In this document: piece by piece, positions 1 through 10,707 of the stretch | Layout of the letters: each line of letters starts with the position of its first letter | How positions within the stretch are numbered: the stretch's first letter is position 1 | Assembly: GCA_965227295.1 (NCBI GenBank) | Contig: OZ245742.1 | Location: forward strand, 2,080,001 to 2,144,000 | DNA from: Leptonemataceae bacterium | GTDB taxonomy: Bacteria; Spirochaetota; Leptospiria; Leptospirales; Leptonemataceae | Direction: 5' to 3' | DNA length: 64,000 nucleotides | Position numbers and translations under genes: made by a program | Notes under the pieces: model-generated | Databases searched by the model: none | Told to the model about the DNA's origin: nothing | The model's input: the letters and a program-made list of their open reading frames with translations, nothing else

Positions 1-323
1 TCGGTCACGACGCCTGGGTGCTCGAAGGCCACTATACGATGAGCCTCATCGCTTTCGCCGGATTGACGAAGACGGAAATCGTCGAAGTGCAGCACGACGT
101 ATTCGACGTCGAAGGCGCCGAAGGACAATCGGTGGGCTTGCTGAAGATCGGCACGGGACACTTGCTGCATCCGGAAGAAGCGGGGCGTTTGATGAAGGCG
201 GATCTCCTGCGAATCCCCGGGCATCACGGCGTCGAAGCTGAATACGGTTTTTACGTTCGTTCGAATCCCAACGAGACCGGCGACGACAATCTTGTAGACC
301 CGAACCTGATTCACGAAAAGTAG
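1..323 (+). CDS. Hypothetical protein, 3' part (truncated by window start)
   Basis: Frame is open from the window edge to TAG at 321-323 with host-like codon usage; no recognisable motif. Confidence 0.5.
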   Translation, partial: GHDAWVLEGHYTMSLIAFAGLTKTEIVEVQHDVFDVEGAEGQSVGLLKIGTGHLLHPEEAGRLMKADLLRIPGHHGVEAEYGFYVRSNPNETGDDNLVDPNLIHEK

Positions 324-421
324 CGCCCAATCGCCACAAAATAGCCCCTGAAAATTGTAGCGCCCTCATCCCGCGCGCACCAATCTGACGCGCGATGAAA
401 TTCCTTTCGAAATTCTTCTCA

Positions 422-1882
422 ATGAAATTATACACGAAGATTCTCCTCGGCATGGCCGCCGGCGTGGTCGTCGGCTGGGTCCTGCATACCACCGGCCTCG
501 AATCCTGGACACTCTACACCGACTACGTCGGCACGCTGTTCATTCGACTCATTAAAATGGTCGTGGTACCGCTGGTGCTCGCGTCGCTAATTCTCGGCGC
601 GGCAAACTTAGGCAAGGACGATCCGAAGCGCGTCGGCGGGCTCGGGCTCAAGGCCATCCTGTTCTTCATGACGACGACGGTCTTCGCCGTTACCATCGGC
701 GTGGTTCTCGCGAACGTCGTGAAGCCGGGCAAGTTCCTGCCGCCGGATACGCGCAACGCCCTCGTCGAGAAGTATCGTGATGACGCGACGACGAAGCTTG
801 CCGGGGACGATTCCACGCTCTGGAAAGAATTGAATCGCCTGGCCGGCATGATGCGTGAGTCCGAGACTCTCGACGGTGAGGCCGAGAACGAGCTGGAAGA
901 GTACCAGGAAGAGTTAACAAAAAAAGTCGAAATGGCCGAACGGCCGCCGGGGGCCGGAAAGTCGGAGTTGCAGAAAGTCCTGGATATCATCGTCAAAATG
1001 GCACCGACGAATCCAGTGGAGGCCCTGGCCCGCGGGGACATGCTCGCCATCATTTTCTTTGCGCTCTTTTTCGGGATCTGTCTGGCGTTGGTGATGCGCG
1101 GCGGTGATGAAGACGACCCGGACGACCTGCACGGCAGTGACACTCCGCGCGAGTATGCGCGTTTTCTGTACAACGCCGTGGGCGGCTTGAACGAGGTCGT
1201 CATCAAGATGGTCAACCTGGCCATGGAGGTCGCCCCGTACGGTGTCTTCGCTTTGATGACCGGTGTCGTGGCGACCATGGGCCTGGATATACTCATTCCC
1301 CTGGCCTACTACGGTGTTGTCGTCGTGGCCGGCCTGTTGTTGCATCTTACGATCACGTACATGTCGATCATCATCTTCTACGTGCGCACGAGTCCGCTCA
1401 AGTTCTTGCGCGCCATCAAAGAAGCGGTGGTCCTCGGTTTCTCGACGTCGTCTTCGAGCGCAACGCTGCCGGTATCCATGCGTGTCGCGCGGCAGAACCT
1501 CGGTGTCTCCAACGAGGTGTCGTCGTTCGTGCTGCCCCTCGGCGCCACGATCAACATGGACGGCACGGCGTTGTATCAGGGCGTGGCGGCCATCTTCATC
1601 GCCCAGGTCTACGGCATGGATCTCAGCACTTCGCAGCAATTAACCATGATCCTCACGGCCACGCTCGCGTCGATCGGCGCGGCCGGTGTACCGGGAGCGG
1701 GCATGATCACCCTGGCCGTTGTCCTGGAAACGGCGGACGTCCCGCTCGAAGGCATCGCGTTGATCTTCGGCCTCGATCGTTTGCTCGACATGTTCCGTAC
1801 TTCGGTGAACATTGTCGGTGATTTGACGTGCACCACGGTCATGGCGAAGTCCGAGGGCGAAACGGTGAGCGTGCAAACGTGA
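422..1882 (+). CDS. Dicarboxylate/amino acid:cation symporter (DAACS, GltP-like)
   Basis: FSTSSSSATLP, LPLGATINMDGTALYQ, DRLLDMFRTSVN motifs; start at 422 (MKLYTK) preferred over 395. Confidence 0.93.
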   Translation: MKLYTKILLGMAAGVVVGWVLHTTGLESWTLYTDYVGTLFIRLIKMVVVPLVLASLILGAANLGKDDPKRVGGLGLKAILFFMTTTVFAVTIGVVLANVVKPGKFLPPDTRNALVEKYRDDATTKLAGDDSTLWKELNRLAGMMRESETLDGEAENELEEYQEELTKKVEMAERPPGAGKSELQKVLDIIVKMAPTNPVEALARGDMLAIIFFALFFGICLALVMRGGDEDDPDDLHGSDTPREYARFLYNAVGGLNEVVIKMVNLAMEVAPYGVFALMTGVVATMGLDILIPLAYYGVVVVAGLLLHLTITYMSIIIFYVRTSPLKFLRAIKEAVVLGFSTSSSSATLPVSMRVARQNLGVSNEVSSFVLPLGATINMDGTALYQGVAAIFIAQVYGMDLSTSQQLTMILTATLASIGAAGVPGAGMITLAVVLETADVPLEGIALIFGLDRLLDMFRTSVNIVGDLTCTTVMAKSEGETVSVQT

Positions 1883-1925
1883 AAAAATCGCTCGTTCCAG
1901 GCGCGCGTTTCGTCCATAGTGTAGT

Positions 1926-3143
1926 ATGATGCGCCGATTCGCATTCTGCGGCCTTCTTGCCGCAATGGGAGCCGCGGTCGCCTGCGTTCAGGTGGACACC
2001 GCGGACACGGACATCACCGAACTCCCCGGCGCGCTGATCCTCGCGCTTACCGGCACGAACGGAACAACGGCGGCCACCGGCAGTGACGACAGCGGTGACG
2101 GGGTCACCACGACGACGATCACGCGGACCAAATACGTCTACGTCACGAGCCGCAACGACAACACCCTCGGCATCTTCTCATTCGACAACGATACCGGCGT
2201 CATCACCGCCACCGGGGCGAGCCCGTACGCCCTCGGCGCCACTCAGGGACCCATCGGCATCTGCATGCATCCGACGATGCAGTACGTCTACGTCGCCGTG
2301 CGCGACGCCAACGCCACGCGCGGTTTTTCCATCGATAGTACTTCCGGGAATCTTACCGAACTGGGCGGTAGCCCGTACGCCGGCGGCAGTCAGCCCTGGG
2401 ACTGCGAGGTAACTCCGGACGGCAACTGGTTGTATACGGCGTTCTTCGGCGGCGGCAACAGCACGAATTATTTTTCCATCAGCAGCGGCGTGCCGACGTT
2501 GCTCGGCGCGGTATCCACCGGCGGCAACACCGCGCAGAGCCTCAAGGTTTCCGGCGACGGCCAGTATCTCTTTGCCTCGCATACGAACTCGACGGATATC
2601 AGCGCTCTCAGCATCAATCCGTCGACGGGGGCACTGACGGCGAATGCCGGCAGTCCTTACGCCGGCGGTAGCTTCAACCGGCAAATCGCCCTTTCTCCGA
2701 ATGGAGACTTTGCCTACGTCCCCATTCGCAACGACAACAACATGCGCATCTACAGCATCAGCGGCGGCGTGTTGTCCGAGATCGGAGTGGGCTCACCGCA
2801 AACCCTGAGCGGCCTCGGCATGGGCGCGGCGGTGAGTCCGGACGGCAACTACGTCTACGTCGGTGAGCAGACGTCGAACCTGGTGCGCATCTTCAGCCGC
2901 GATCAGAGCACCGGGCAGTTGAGTCCCATCGGCACCGACATGCCCGTAAGCAATCCGCAGACGCTCTACTTCGAACCGGGCGGCAAGTTTCTGTTCGTAA
3001 TGAGCACCGCTGCGTCCGCAAACGTCATCGTGTTTCAGTACAATTCCGCGGACGGCCAGCTTACCCACGTTACCGGCAGTCCGTTCAGTTTCGGCAACGG
3101 CATCCACCAGGCCGCGTTTGTCTCCGAGACCATTACGCAGTAG
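1926..3143 (+). CDS. Lipoprotein with lactonase-type beta-propeller
   Basis: Signal peptide ending AAVAC; repeated (S/T)PDGxxxYV / GSPY blades. Confidence 0.8.
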   Translation: MMRRFAFCGLLAAMGAAVACVQVDTADTDITELPGALILALTGTNGTTAATGSDDSGDGVTTTTITRTKYVYVTSRNDNTLGIFSFDNDTGVITATGASPYALGATQGPIGICMHPTMQYVYVAVRDANATRGFSIDSTSGNLTELGGSPYAGGSQPWDCEVTPDGNWLYTAFFGGGNSTNYFSISSGVPTLLGAVSTGGNTAQSLKVSGDGQYLFASHTNSTDISALSINPSTGALTANAGSPYAGGSFNRQIALSPNGDFAYVPIRNDNNMRIYSISGGVLSEIGVGSPQTLSGLGMGAAVSPDGNYVYVGEQTSNLVRIFSRDQSTGQLSPIGTDMPVSNPQTLYFEPGGKFLFVMSTAASANVIVFQYNSADGQLTHVTGSPFSFGNGIHQAAFVSETITQ

Positions 3144-3147
3144 GCAA

Positions 3148-6100
3148 TCACTGCCCCCCGAACCGCTGCTCCTGCTCGCGCAATCTATGCGTCGTTTCCA
3201 TGGGCGAACCGGTCCACCGTCCGAAGATGCCGTAGAACGCGGGCACCAGATACAACGTGAGCAGCGTGGCCACGAGGACTCCGGCGAAGATGACCACGCC
3301 GATCGTGAAGCGCGATTCCTTGCCGGCGCCGGTGGCCAGGATCAGCGGCACGGCACCGGCCACCGTGGAGACCGAGGTCATGAGCACCGGCCGTAACCGC
3401 AACTGAGCCGCTTCTAAGAGCGCGGCCGAGAACTCTTTGCCCTGATCGCGCAACTGGTTTGCAAACTCCACAATGAGAATGCCGTTCTTCGCGGCCAGGC
3501 CGATCAACATCGAAACGCCGATCTGCGAATACACGTTGAGCGAACTCTGAAACACCACGAGGCCGAGCAACGCCCCGCCCACGGCGAGCGGTACCGTCGT
3601 GAGAATCACTACCGGATGCACGAAGCTCTCGAACTGTGCCGCTAACACCAGATAAACAATAATTAAGGACATGCCGAACGTGATCAACAGCTCGCCCGAG
3701 GCCTCCTGGTATTCCCGGGACTGCCCCTTGTAATCGATCTTCGGATCCTGGCCCAGTTCTTCGCGGGTAATGCGTTCCATGTACTCCAGGGCCTCGCCGA
3801 GGGTGTAGTCTTCGCTCAGACCGGCCTCGATGGTAATGGCCCGCAAACGATTGAAGCGGTTGCGCTCCGGCGAGTCCGCGAATTCTTTCAATGAGATGAG
3901 GCCGGACAGCGGGACCAGCCGCCCCGTGGTATCGGAGCGCACGTAAATGCCGCCGATCTCGTCGGGGCTGTCCTTCTGCGGATCCATGCCTTCGAGCATC
4001 ACGTCGTACTCTTCGCCGCGATCCAGGAACGTCGTCACCCGGCGAAAGCCGAGCATCGTTTCCAGCGTGCGGCCGATCTCCTGCATGCTCACGCCCAGGT
4101 CCGCGGCGCGGTCGCGGTTCACGCGGACCTCGAGCTGCGGCTTCGTTTCTTTGTAGTCCGAGTCCATGCCCACGAGGCCCGGGTTTTCCCGCGCACGTTC
4201 CAGGATGCGATCCCGCCACCGCGTAAGTTCTTCGTAACTTCCGCCGCCGATGACGAACTGCACCGGTCGTCCCGTACCGCCGCCGAGACCGCTGCGCGAA
4301 ATCGTAAACGTGCGGTAGCCGGGAAACGTGCCGAGTTCTTTGTTCACGGCGTCCATGATCTCCTGAGCACTGCGCGAACGTTCGCCCCAATCTTTTAGTA
4401 CGATGATACCGAAGAACGAGTTCACGCCCGAGGCACTGTTGAAGCCGCGGGGAATGATCATCAACACGCGATTCGCTTCGCCGGTTTTATCGTGGAGCGG
4501 CATGAGCGTGTCCTCGGCGCGTTCCATCATGCGAAAACTTTTTTCGAACGTGGCGCCTTCCGGTCCGCTGCCGATCACGAAAAACGCGCCGCGGTCCTCT
4601 TTCGGGACGTACTCTTTGACGACGACGGCGTAGAGCACTCCGGTGAGCACGACGAAACCCAGCGTTCCGATGACGGCGATGAACGGGCGTTGCACGAAGC
4701 TCGCGAGTGAGTTGCCGTAGCGTTCGGTGAGGCGGTCGAGCAAATCCGTAAGGCGTTTCGCGATGCCGGAGGCCTCGGTGTTTTTTAAGATCTTCGAGCA
4801 CAGCATCGGCGAGAGCGTGAGCGCAATCAAACTCGAAAAACACACGGCGCCGGCCAGGGCCAGGGCGAACTCCGAAAACAGGCGGCCGGTGTTCCCGCGC
4901 ATGAAGGCGATCGGCACAAAGACCGCCACGAGCACCAGGGTCGTGGCAATTACGGCGAAGCCGACTTCCCGGGCTCCGCGGTACGCGGCCAGAAGCGGCG
5001 GCTCGCCGAGTTGTTTCATGCGCCGTTCAATGTTTTCCAGCACGACGATGCTGTCGTCCACAACCAGACCGATCGCTAAGATCAATGCAAGCAAAGTTAG
5101 CAGGTTGACCGAAAAGTCCAGGGCGTACAGCAATGTGAACGAGGCGGTCAAAGAAACCGGCACGGTGATCGCGGGAACCAGGGTCGCGCGCAGATTGCCC
5201 AGAAAGAGATACATCACGATGATGACGAGCAACGCGGTCAAAAAGAGCGTGAAGAAAACCTCGGAGATACTGCGTTCAATAAACACCGAAGAATCGTAGC
5301 TGTCGTAGAGCTGCGTGCCCTCGGGCAACGACTCGCGGACGCGTTCCGCCTCCGCCTTCACGGCCTGGGCCACCTCCAGGGTGTTCGCCTTCGATTGGCG
5401 AATGAAACCCAGACCCACCATGGCCTGGCGATTGCCGCGCAACAGCGAGCGGTAGTCCTCGGCGCCCAGTTCCACCCGGGCCACGTCGCGCAACCGCACC
5501 AGGTAACCGTCGGTACCGCGGCGCACTACCAGGTTTTCGAAATCCCTGGCGTCATTGTACTGCCGCGCGATCCGCACCGTGAACTCGATCTCTTTCGATT
5601 CCACGCGGCCGGCGGGCAACTCCAGGTTCTCCGTTCTTAAGGCATTCTCAACATCAGTTACGGCGATACCCCGGGCCGCCATGGCCTCGCGGTCCAGCCA
5701 GATCCGCATGGCGTACCGCCGGGAGCCGCCGATGCGCACCCGGGCCACGCCGGGCAGCACCGAAAACCGATCCACCAGGTAACGATCGGCGTAGTCCGTA
5801 AGTTCCAGGCGGTTCATGTTTTCGCTGGCCAGGTTCAACCAGAGGATGACGTCGGAGTTCGCGTCGACCTTAAAGACCTCGGGCGGATCGGCTTCGTCGG
5901 GGAGATTGTCCAGTACCCGCGAGACCCGGTCCCGCACGTCGTTGGCGGCCGCGTCGATGTTGCGATCCAGGTTGAACTCGATGGTGATTTCGGAAACGCC
6001 GTCCCGGGAGACACTGGAAATACTGCGCACGCCTTCAATGCCGCTGATGCGTTCTTCGACGACCTCGGTAATGCGCGTCTCCACGACGTTGGCCGCGGCG

Positions 6101-6258
6101 CCCGGGTAGTTCGTTTCCACGGAAACCACCGGCGGATCGATGTCGGGGTACTCCCGCACGGCCAGGCGGCTGTACGAGATGAAACCGAAGACGGCCAGAA
6201 TCAGGCTGATGACGGCGGCAAAAACCGGCCGGCGGATCGAGAAGTCGCTCAATAACAT
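3148..6258 (-). CDS. RND efflux permease (AcrB/AcrD/AcrF family)
   Basis: 1036 aa; SIRRPVFA start, AIGLVVDDSIVVLENI, AKNGILIVEFA, RLRPVLMT. Confidence 0.96.
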   Translation of the reverse strand: MLLSDFSIRRPVFAAVISLILAVFGFISYSRLAVREYPDIDPPVVSVETNYPGAAANVVETRITEVVEERISGIEGVRSISSVSRDGVSEITIEFNLDRNIDAAANDVRDRVSRVLDNLPDEADPPEVFKVDANSDVILWLNLASENMNRLELTDYADRYLVDRFSVLPGVARVRIGGSRRYAMRIWLDREAMAARGIAVTDVENALRTENLELPAGRVESKEIEFTVRIARQYNDARDFENLVVRRGTDGYLVRLRDVARVELGAEDYRSLLRGNRQAMVGLGFIRQSKANTLEVAQAVKAEAERVRESLPEGTQLYDSYDSSVFIERSISEVFFTLFLTALLVIIVMYLFLGNLRATLVPAITVPVSLTASFTLLYALDFSVNLLTLLALILAIGLVVDDSIVVLENIERRMKQLGEPPLLAAYRGAREVGFAVIATTLVLVAVFVPIAFMRGNTGRLFSEFALALAGAVCFSSLIALTLSPMLCSKILKNTEASGIAKRLTDLLDRLTERYGNSLASFVQRPFIAVIGTLGFVVLTGVLYAVVVKEYVPKEDRGAFFVIGSGPEGATFEKSFRMMERAEDTLMPLHDKTGEANRVLMIIPRGFNSASGVNSFFGIIVLKDWGERSRSAQEIMDAVNKELGTFPGYRTFTISRSGLGGGTGRPVQFVIGGGSYEELTRWRDRILERARENPGLVGMDSDYKETKPQLEVRVNRDRAADLGVSMQEIGRTLETMLGFRRVTTFLDRGEEYDVMLEGMDPQKDSPDEIGGIYVRSDTTGRLVPLSGLISLKEFADSPERNRFNRLRAITIEAGLSEDYTLGEALEYMERITREELGQDPKIDYKGQSREYQEASGELLITFGMSLIIVYLVLAAQFESFVHPVVILTTVPLAVGGALLGLVVFQSSLNVYSQIGVSMLIGLAAKNGILIVEFANQLRDQGKEFSAALLEAAQLRLRPVLMTSVSTVAGAVPLILATGAGKESRFTIGVVIFAGVLVATLLTLYLVPAFYGIFGRWTGSPMETTHRLREQEQRFGGQ

Positions 6259-6264
6259 GTTAAT

Positions 6265-7374
6265 TTATTCGCCGTCGACGCTGGTGTCGGCGGATTCGTC
6301 GCTGCTGTCGCCTGCGGCGACCTGAAGTTTCGCGCCGTTTCGGACCTTCACCAGGCCTTCCGTAACCACGCGTTCCCCGGCGCTCAGGCCTTCCACAACT
6401 TCCACGAGGCCCGGGCTGCGTCGCCCCGTGCGAATGTCGGTTTCCACGGCACTGCCGTCCGGGCCGACGACGTAGACGAACTTACGATCTTCGCGCATGA
6501 TCACGGCGCCTTCCGGAATCACGAGCGCGCGGCTCTGCTCTTTTACGAGATCCACGCTCAAGAGCATGCCCGGTTTCAAGAGCCCCTGCTTGTTCGAAAG
6601 ATACGCCCGTACGATGACCGCGCGACTCTCGCGATCGATGCGGGAATCCACGGCGCGCACCTGGCCCTGAAACACGCGGTCCGGGTAGGACTCGGTGCGC
6701 GCCACGATCGTTTTGCCGCGCTCCAGGTCCGCGAGGAAGTTCTGCGGCACCGGAAAATCCAGACGCACCACACTCACGTCGTCGAGGGTCGTAATGACTT
6801 CGCCCGGCTGGACGACCATACCCGGGCTCACGTTGCGAATGCCCACGCGACCGGAGAAGGGCGCGCGAATCGTATAGTCACCGAGGCGGGCGCGCAGGCT
6901 GTTAACATTTGCTCGCGCGCGCTTAAGCAGACCTTCTTCTTCGTCGAGCTGTGCGCGGGAGGCGGCTTCGAGTTCAACGAGTTCTTTGATGCGTTCGTAC
7001 TGGCGTTCCTGTTCTTCGAGCGTCGCCTGGGCCTCGGCCATCTGCGAGCGGATCGCGGCATCGTTCAAACGCACGAGGGACTGGCCGCGTCGCACGTAAT
7101 CGCCGTCGTCGAAGTACAACCGCACAATGCGATCCGAAACCGTGGCGCGAATTTCCACGGTCTCCCGGGCTTCGACGGTGCCCAGGGCTTCAATGGTATC
7201 GCGCAGGTTGGAGTACTCGGCCGCGGCGACGGCCACGGGGACGGGGGGTTGCTGTTTTTTCCCCTGGGCGTTCGAGCCACCGGACAGAAAAAAGTTCACC
7301 GCCAGGGCGACGGCGACGACCGCCAGCAAGCCGAGCATGAAGCGGGATGTTAAGATTCGCAGGATGGTTCGCAT
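6265..7374 (-). CDS. RND periplasmic adaptor (membrane fusion protein)
   Basis: N-terminal TM, IRAPFSGRVG, LKPGM motifs; directly upstream of permease; start moved to ATG 7374. Confidence 0.92.
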   Translation of the reverse strand: MRTILRILTSRFMLGLLAVVAVALAVNFFLSGGSNAQGKKQQPPVPVAVAAAEYSNLRDTIEALGTVEARETVEIRATVSDRIVRLYFDDGDYVRRGQSLVRLNDAAIRSQMAEAQATLEEQERQYERIKELVELEAASRAQLDEEEGLLKRARANVNSLRARLGDYTIRAPFSGRVGIRNVSPGMVVQPGEVITTLDDVSVVRLDFPVPQNFLADLERGKTIVARTESYPDRVFQGQVRAVDSRIDRESRAVIVRAYLSNKQGLLKPGMLLSVDLVKEQSRALVIPEGAVIMREDRKFVYVVGPDGSAVETDIRTGRRSPGLVEVVEGLSAGERVVTEGLVKVRNGAKLQVAAGDSSDESADTSVDGE

Positions 7375-7546
7375 AACGGTAATAGTGCCAGAGTTGATTA
7401 CAATATAATGGTCCCGGCCGTAGATAGCGAGAAAAAACCGAACGCGTTGCCGGGATGCGTGGCGCTTGACAGAAGTACCTCCGTCGCCAGTTTGACTGGA
7501 TCCTGGCCGCAAGATCCGGCTCGCCCCGGGGTCTCAGCCTCGTTCC

Positions 7547-9001
7547 ATGCTCTTCCAATCGCCCGTCTTCTTTGCGTTCTTCGGAGTGCTCTACGTTCTC
7601 TACTGGAACGTCCGTGATGCGTACCATCGTCGCTGGATCCTCATCGCGGCGTCCCTGTTTTTCTACGGATGGTGGGACTGGCGCTTCCTGCTGCACTTCC
7701 TTGCGATCATCGCGGTGAACTACGTTCTGTATCGCCTGCTGCGCGAGAGCCGGAGCCGCCGCCGACACTGGCTGACCCTGATCATCGCGCTCAACCTGGC
7801 GAACCTGGCCTTCTTTAAGTACGCTTACGCGGTCCTGGAAATACTCGGAGAGAGCCTCGGGCTCCCGTTCCTTCGAGAACTACAGGCCACGACCCACATC
7901 GTCCTGCCGCTGGCCGTCAGCTTCTATACGTTTCAGATCCTGGCCTTTGCCATCGACGAGTACCGCGGCGAAATGAACGCGCGCGTGCCCGCGGAAAACT
8001 ACGCCCTGTTCATCCTGTTCTTTCCGCAACTCATCGCCGGGCCCATCATGCGCCACGGAGATTTCTTTCATCAGATCGATCGAGTCAGCTTCGATGAGCG
8101 ACGCATGTGTGCCGGTTTGTTTCTCGTTCTCTTTGGATTGTTGAAGAAGGTCTGGCTGGCAGATGGGATTGCTCAGGTCATCGATCCGGTCTACGGGAGT
8201 CCGTCGGCCTTTTCCGCGGAAGCCAACGTGGTGGCCGCGGTGGGATTCGCGTTGCAACTCTATCTCGACTTTTCCGGATACACGGACATGGCGCGCGGCA
8301 TCGCGAAGATGCTCGGCTACGAACTCCCGGCTAACTTTCGCGGGCCGTACTTTTCCGCGTCGTTCTCCGAACACTGGCGGCGCTGGCACATCACACTGTC
8401 CACCTGGCTGCGGGATTATCTTTACATACCACTCGGAGGCAATCGCCTGAGTCCCGCAAAGACCTACCGCAACTTGTTTCTCGTAATGTCGCTCGGCGGA
8501 CTCTGGCACGGTCACGACTTTACGTTCTTGATCTGGGGCATGCTCGAGGGTACGTTCTTGATTCTGGAGCGCGGGCTTGCCGCATTGCGGCGGCGACGCC
8601 AGGCTACCGGGGCGGACGAAACCTTCGGATCGAATCACGCCGGCAGGGTTTACTTCAGCGCGGTTAAGGTCCTGGCGGTGCTGATCGTATTTTCGGGCAG
8701 TGTATTTGCGCGGATCTTCTTTCGCGCGGACAGCCTGAGCGAGGCCCTGGCAGTGATCGCGGGAATCTTCGGAGGCGGAGCCACGGCCGAACCGGAAGGA
8801 CTGGGCAGTGTCTACCGGCTGTTCTTGTGGGCGGTGGTCTTTCACGCGCTCGAGTACTACCAGCACGTTTCCGGTGGCGCCTTTGGAACGTGGGTTCTGA
8901 AACGCAGGTACTATCTTCTGCCGCCCGCGGCGGTGCTTACCATGTTGCTGTTGGCCGCCATTCAACACCCCGGATTTCTGTTTATCTATTTTCAGTTCTG
9001 A
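7547..9001 (+). CDS. MBOAT O-acyltransferase (AlgI/DltB/PatA-like)
   Basis: LPLAVSFYTFQ, FFPQLIAGPI, YLDFSGYTDMA, WRRWHITLSTWLRDYLYIPLGG, GLWHG. Confidence 0.95.
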   Translation: MLFQSPVFFAFFGVLYVLYWNVRDAYHRRWILIAASLFFYGWWDWRFLLHFLAIIAVNYVLYRLLRESRSRRRHWLTLIIALNLANLAFFKYAYAVLEILGESLGLPFLRELQATTHIVLPLAVSFYTFQILAFAIDEYRGEMNARVPAENYALFILFFPQLIAGPIMRHGDFFHQIDRVSFDERRMCAGLFLVLFGLLKKVWLADGIAQVIDPVYGSPSAFSAEANVVAAVGFALQLYLDFSGYTDMARGIAKMLGYELPANFRGPYFSASFSEHWRRWHITLSTWLRDYLYIPLGGNRLSPAKTYRNLFLVMSLGGLWHGHDFTFLIWGMLEGTFLILERGLAALRRRRQATGADETFGSNHAGRVYFSAVKVLAVLIVFSGSVFARIFFRADSLSEALAVIAGIFGGGATAEPEGLGSVYRLFLWAVVFHALEYYQHVSGGAFGTWVLKRRYYLLPPAAVLTMLLLAAIQHPGFLFIYFQF

Positions 9002-9027
9002 GAGGAACTTCTCCGAGGATCATCGTC

Positions 9028-10182
9028 GTGCGCAAGTTACAGGTTTACTTTCCGTTTCTCTTGTTGATTCTGCTAATTGCCGTGGATCGCATGTTAACGA
9101 CCCCGCCGCTGCTCGAAGCCGGGCGCACCAAACCGAGCCGCGCGGAATTTCTGGAAGGCGTCGTTCTGGCCACCGGGGAGCGCTTCCTGAACGAGGCCGA
9201 TACCGCCGCGGATCGCCGGAGCATCGTCTTTCTGGGCTCGTCCCGATCGAATTACTTTTCGCTGCTCGTGAGCAAGCCGTCGCACTTCGGCACGCATACG
9301 AATCCCGAAGGGTACATCAGCGAAACCCGCCTCGGCGTGCCCGGCATGGACGCGCTCTCGCTCGCGTATACGGTCCACAATCTGCGGCGGTTGCAACGGC
9401 GCGAGGGCCGGGCGGACGGTCCCATCTTCGACTACATCGTCATCGAGGCATCGCCGTTTACGGTGTACAACACGAAACTTTCGTATCGGCGCTGGTACTC
9501 CAGCGTGTACGCGGAGAGCTTTCTGCGAGAGTACCTCCTGGCCTTTCCCGATGAGATGCGATCCGACGCGGCGGCCCGACTGCTCTTTCGCACATACAAT
9601 TACAAAACGAGCCTGCCCCGATTGCTCAAGGCACTCAAAGGCAGCCCGGAGTACCAGGACACGGACCAACAATCGATGATCAGTTACTTCGCGCACGTCG
9701 CCGTGGCCGCGGACGACGATCTCACGGATTACGATCCCGATTCCGTCGGACCCCACGTATTCATGGCGCCCTTTCAGGGCCCCGCGGCGAAGGCTAAACG
9801 TGCGGTCATCGCCGATTACGATGCGCAGGTCGCCATGGGCCCGACGTTCCGCCAGGCCGTCCAGGACGCAAGCGGCCTGGCCCGGCGGGTCATCCTCTGG
9901 TTACCGCCGACCCATCCCATCTTCTCCGAGAAAATCTACGCCGCGGAGAATGTGGACGGTCGTTTCTGGGAGCGCTACTTCGCCGTGATCGAAAGCACCG
10001 GCCTGCCGTTTCTGAACGGTTACGATCTGTTGTCGCGCTGCTATCGTTTCCGCGACGCTTCGCACTACGGGGCGAGCTGTTTTGATTTGCTGACGTCGGA
10101 GATTTTGAAGTGTGCGGAGTCCTGCCCGGTGAATCGAACCGTTCCCGGCTCCGGAGGAGCGCCAGGGGCTGTGCGGGATTGA
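9028..10182 (+). CDS. Membrane-anchored SGNH-like partner of the MBOAT (AlgJ/DltD-like)
   Basis: N-terminal TM, FLGSSRS block and C-terminal DASH (DxxH); follows MBOAT; start set at GTG 9028. Confidence 0.7.
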   Translation: MRKLQVYFPFLLLILLIAVDRMLTTPPLLEAGRTKPSRAEFLEGVVLATGERFLNEADTAADRRSIVFLGSSRSNYFSLLVSKPSHFGTHTNPEGYISETRLGVPGMDALSLAYTVHNLRRLQRREGRADGPIFDYIVIEASPFTVYNTKLSYRRWYSSVYAESFLREYLLAFPDEMRSDAAARLLFRTYNYKTSLPRLLKALKGSPEYQDTDQQSMISYFAHVAVAADDDLTDYDPDSVGPHVFMAPFQGPAAKAKRAVIADYDAQVAMGPTFRQAVQDASGLARRVILWLPPTHPIFSEKIYAAENVDGRFWERYFAVIESTGLPFLNGYDLLSRCYRFRDASHYGASCFDLLTSEILKCAESCPVNRTVPGSGGAPGAVRD

Positions 10183-10209
10183 TGGTGTTAACTTTGTTTA
10201 GGGGACGAT

Positions 10210-10707
10210 TTAGAGATTCCCTTCCGGCGTTGAATCCATGGCGACAAGTTCTCGGACGCTCACTTTCATCTTGCGGCCGCGCCGTTCAAGGACGAGTGTC
10301 CAGTCGCCGGCGAGTTTCAGCAGATCTTTGCGAGGAGCGGCTAAGATGAATTCAAGATATGAAACAACGCCGGCAATGCGCCGCCCCGGCATCCTGACCT
10401 CACGCATGCTACAGCCGGCAATTGAAAACAATCTGTCGCCGTGTTCGAATGGCCCCAATTCCGCCCACTCCTTGCCGGTGAGCTCCAGCCAGGGTGAGGG
10501 CTCAGGCTCAAGTTCCCCTTGTATGCCGATGCGACCCGAGCGAAAAAGCAATCCGTACTTCTGAATATGCGGACTATTCTGGTCGGCCTCCCACTTGAGC
10601 GTGCAAGGTCCCGCAGCGGGATGGCCTTCGATCGTTGCGTCCGAATCGGTGCACGCACCGCAAACGAGGCCGAAACTTAAGAACCCAACAAGAGCTAAAT
10701 GTTTCAT
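10210..10707 (-). CDS. Lipoprotein, candidate toxin immunity protein
   Basis: MKHLALVGFLSFGLVCGAC signal/lipobox; start overlaps the stop of the upstream toxin-like tail (ATGA). Confidence 0.6.
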   Translation of the reverse strand: MKHLALVGFLSFGLVCGACTDSDATIEGHPAAGPCTLKWEADQNSPHIQKYGLLFRSGRIGIQGELEPEPSPWLELTGKEWAELGPFEHGDRLFSIAGCSMREVRMPGRRIAGVVSYLEFILAAPRKDLLKLAGDWTLVLERRGRKMKVSVRELVAMDSTPEGNL

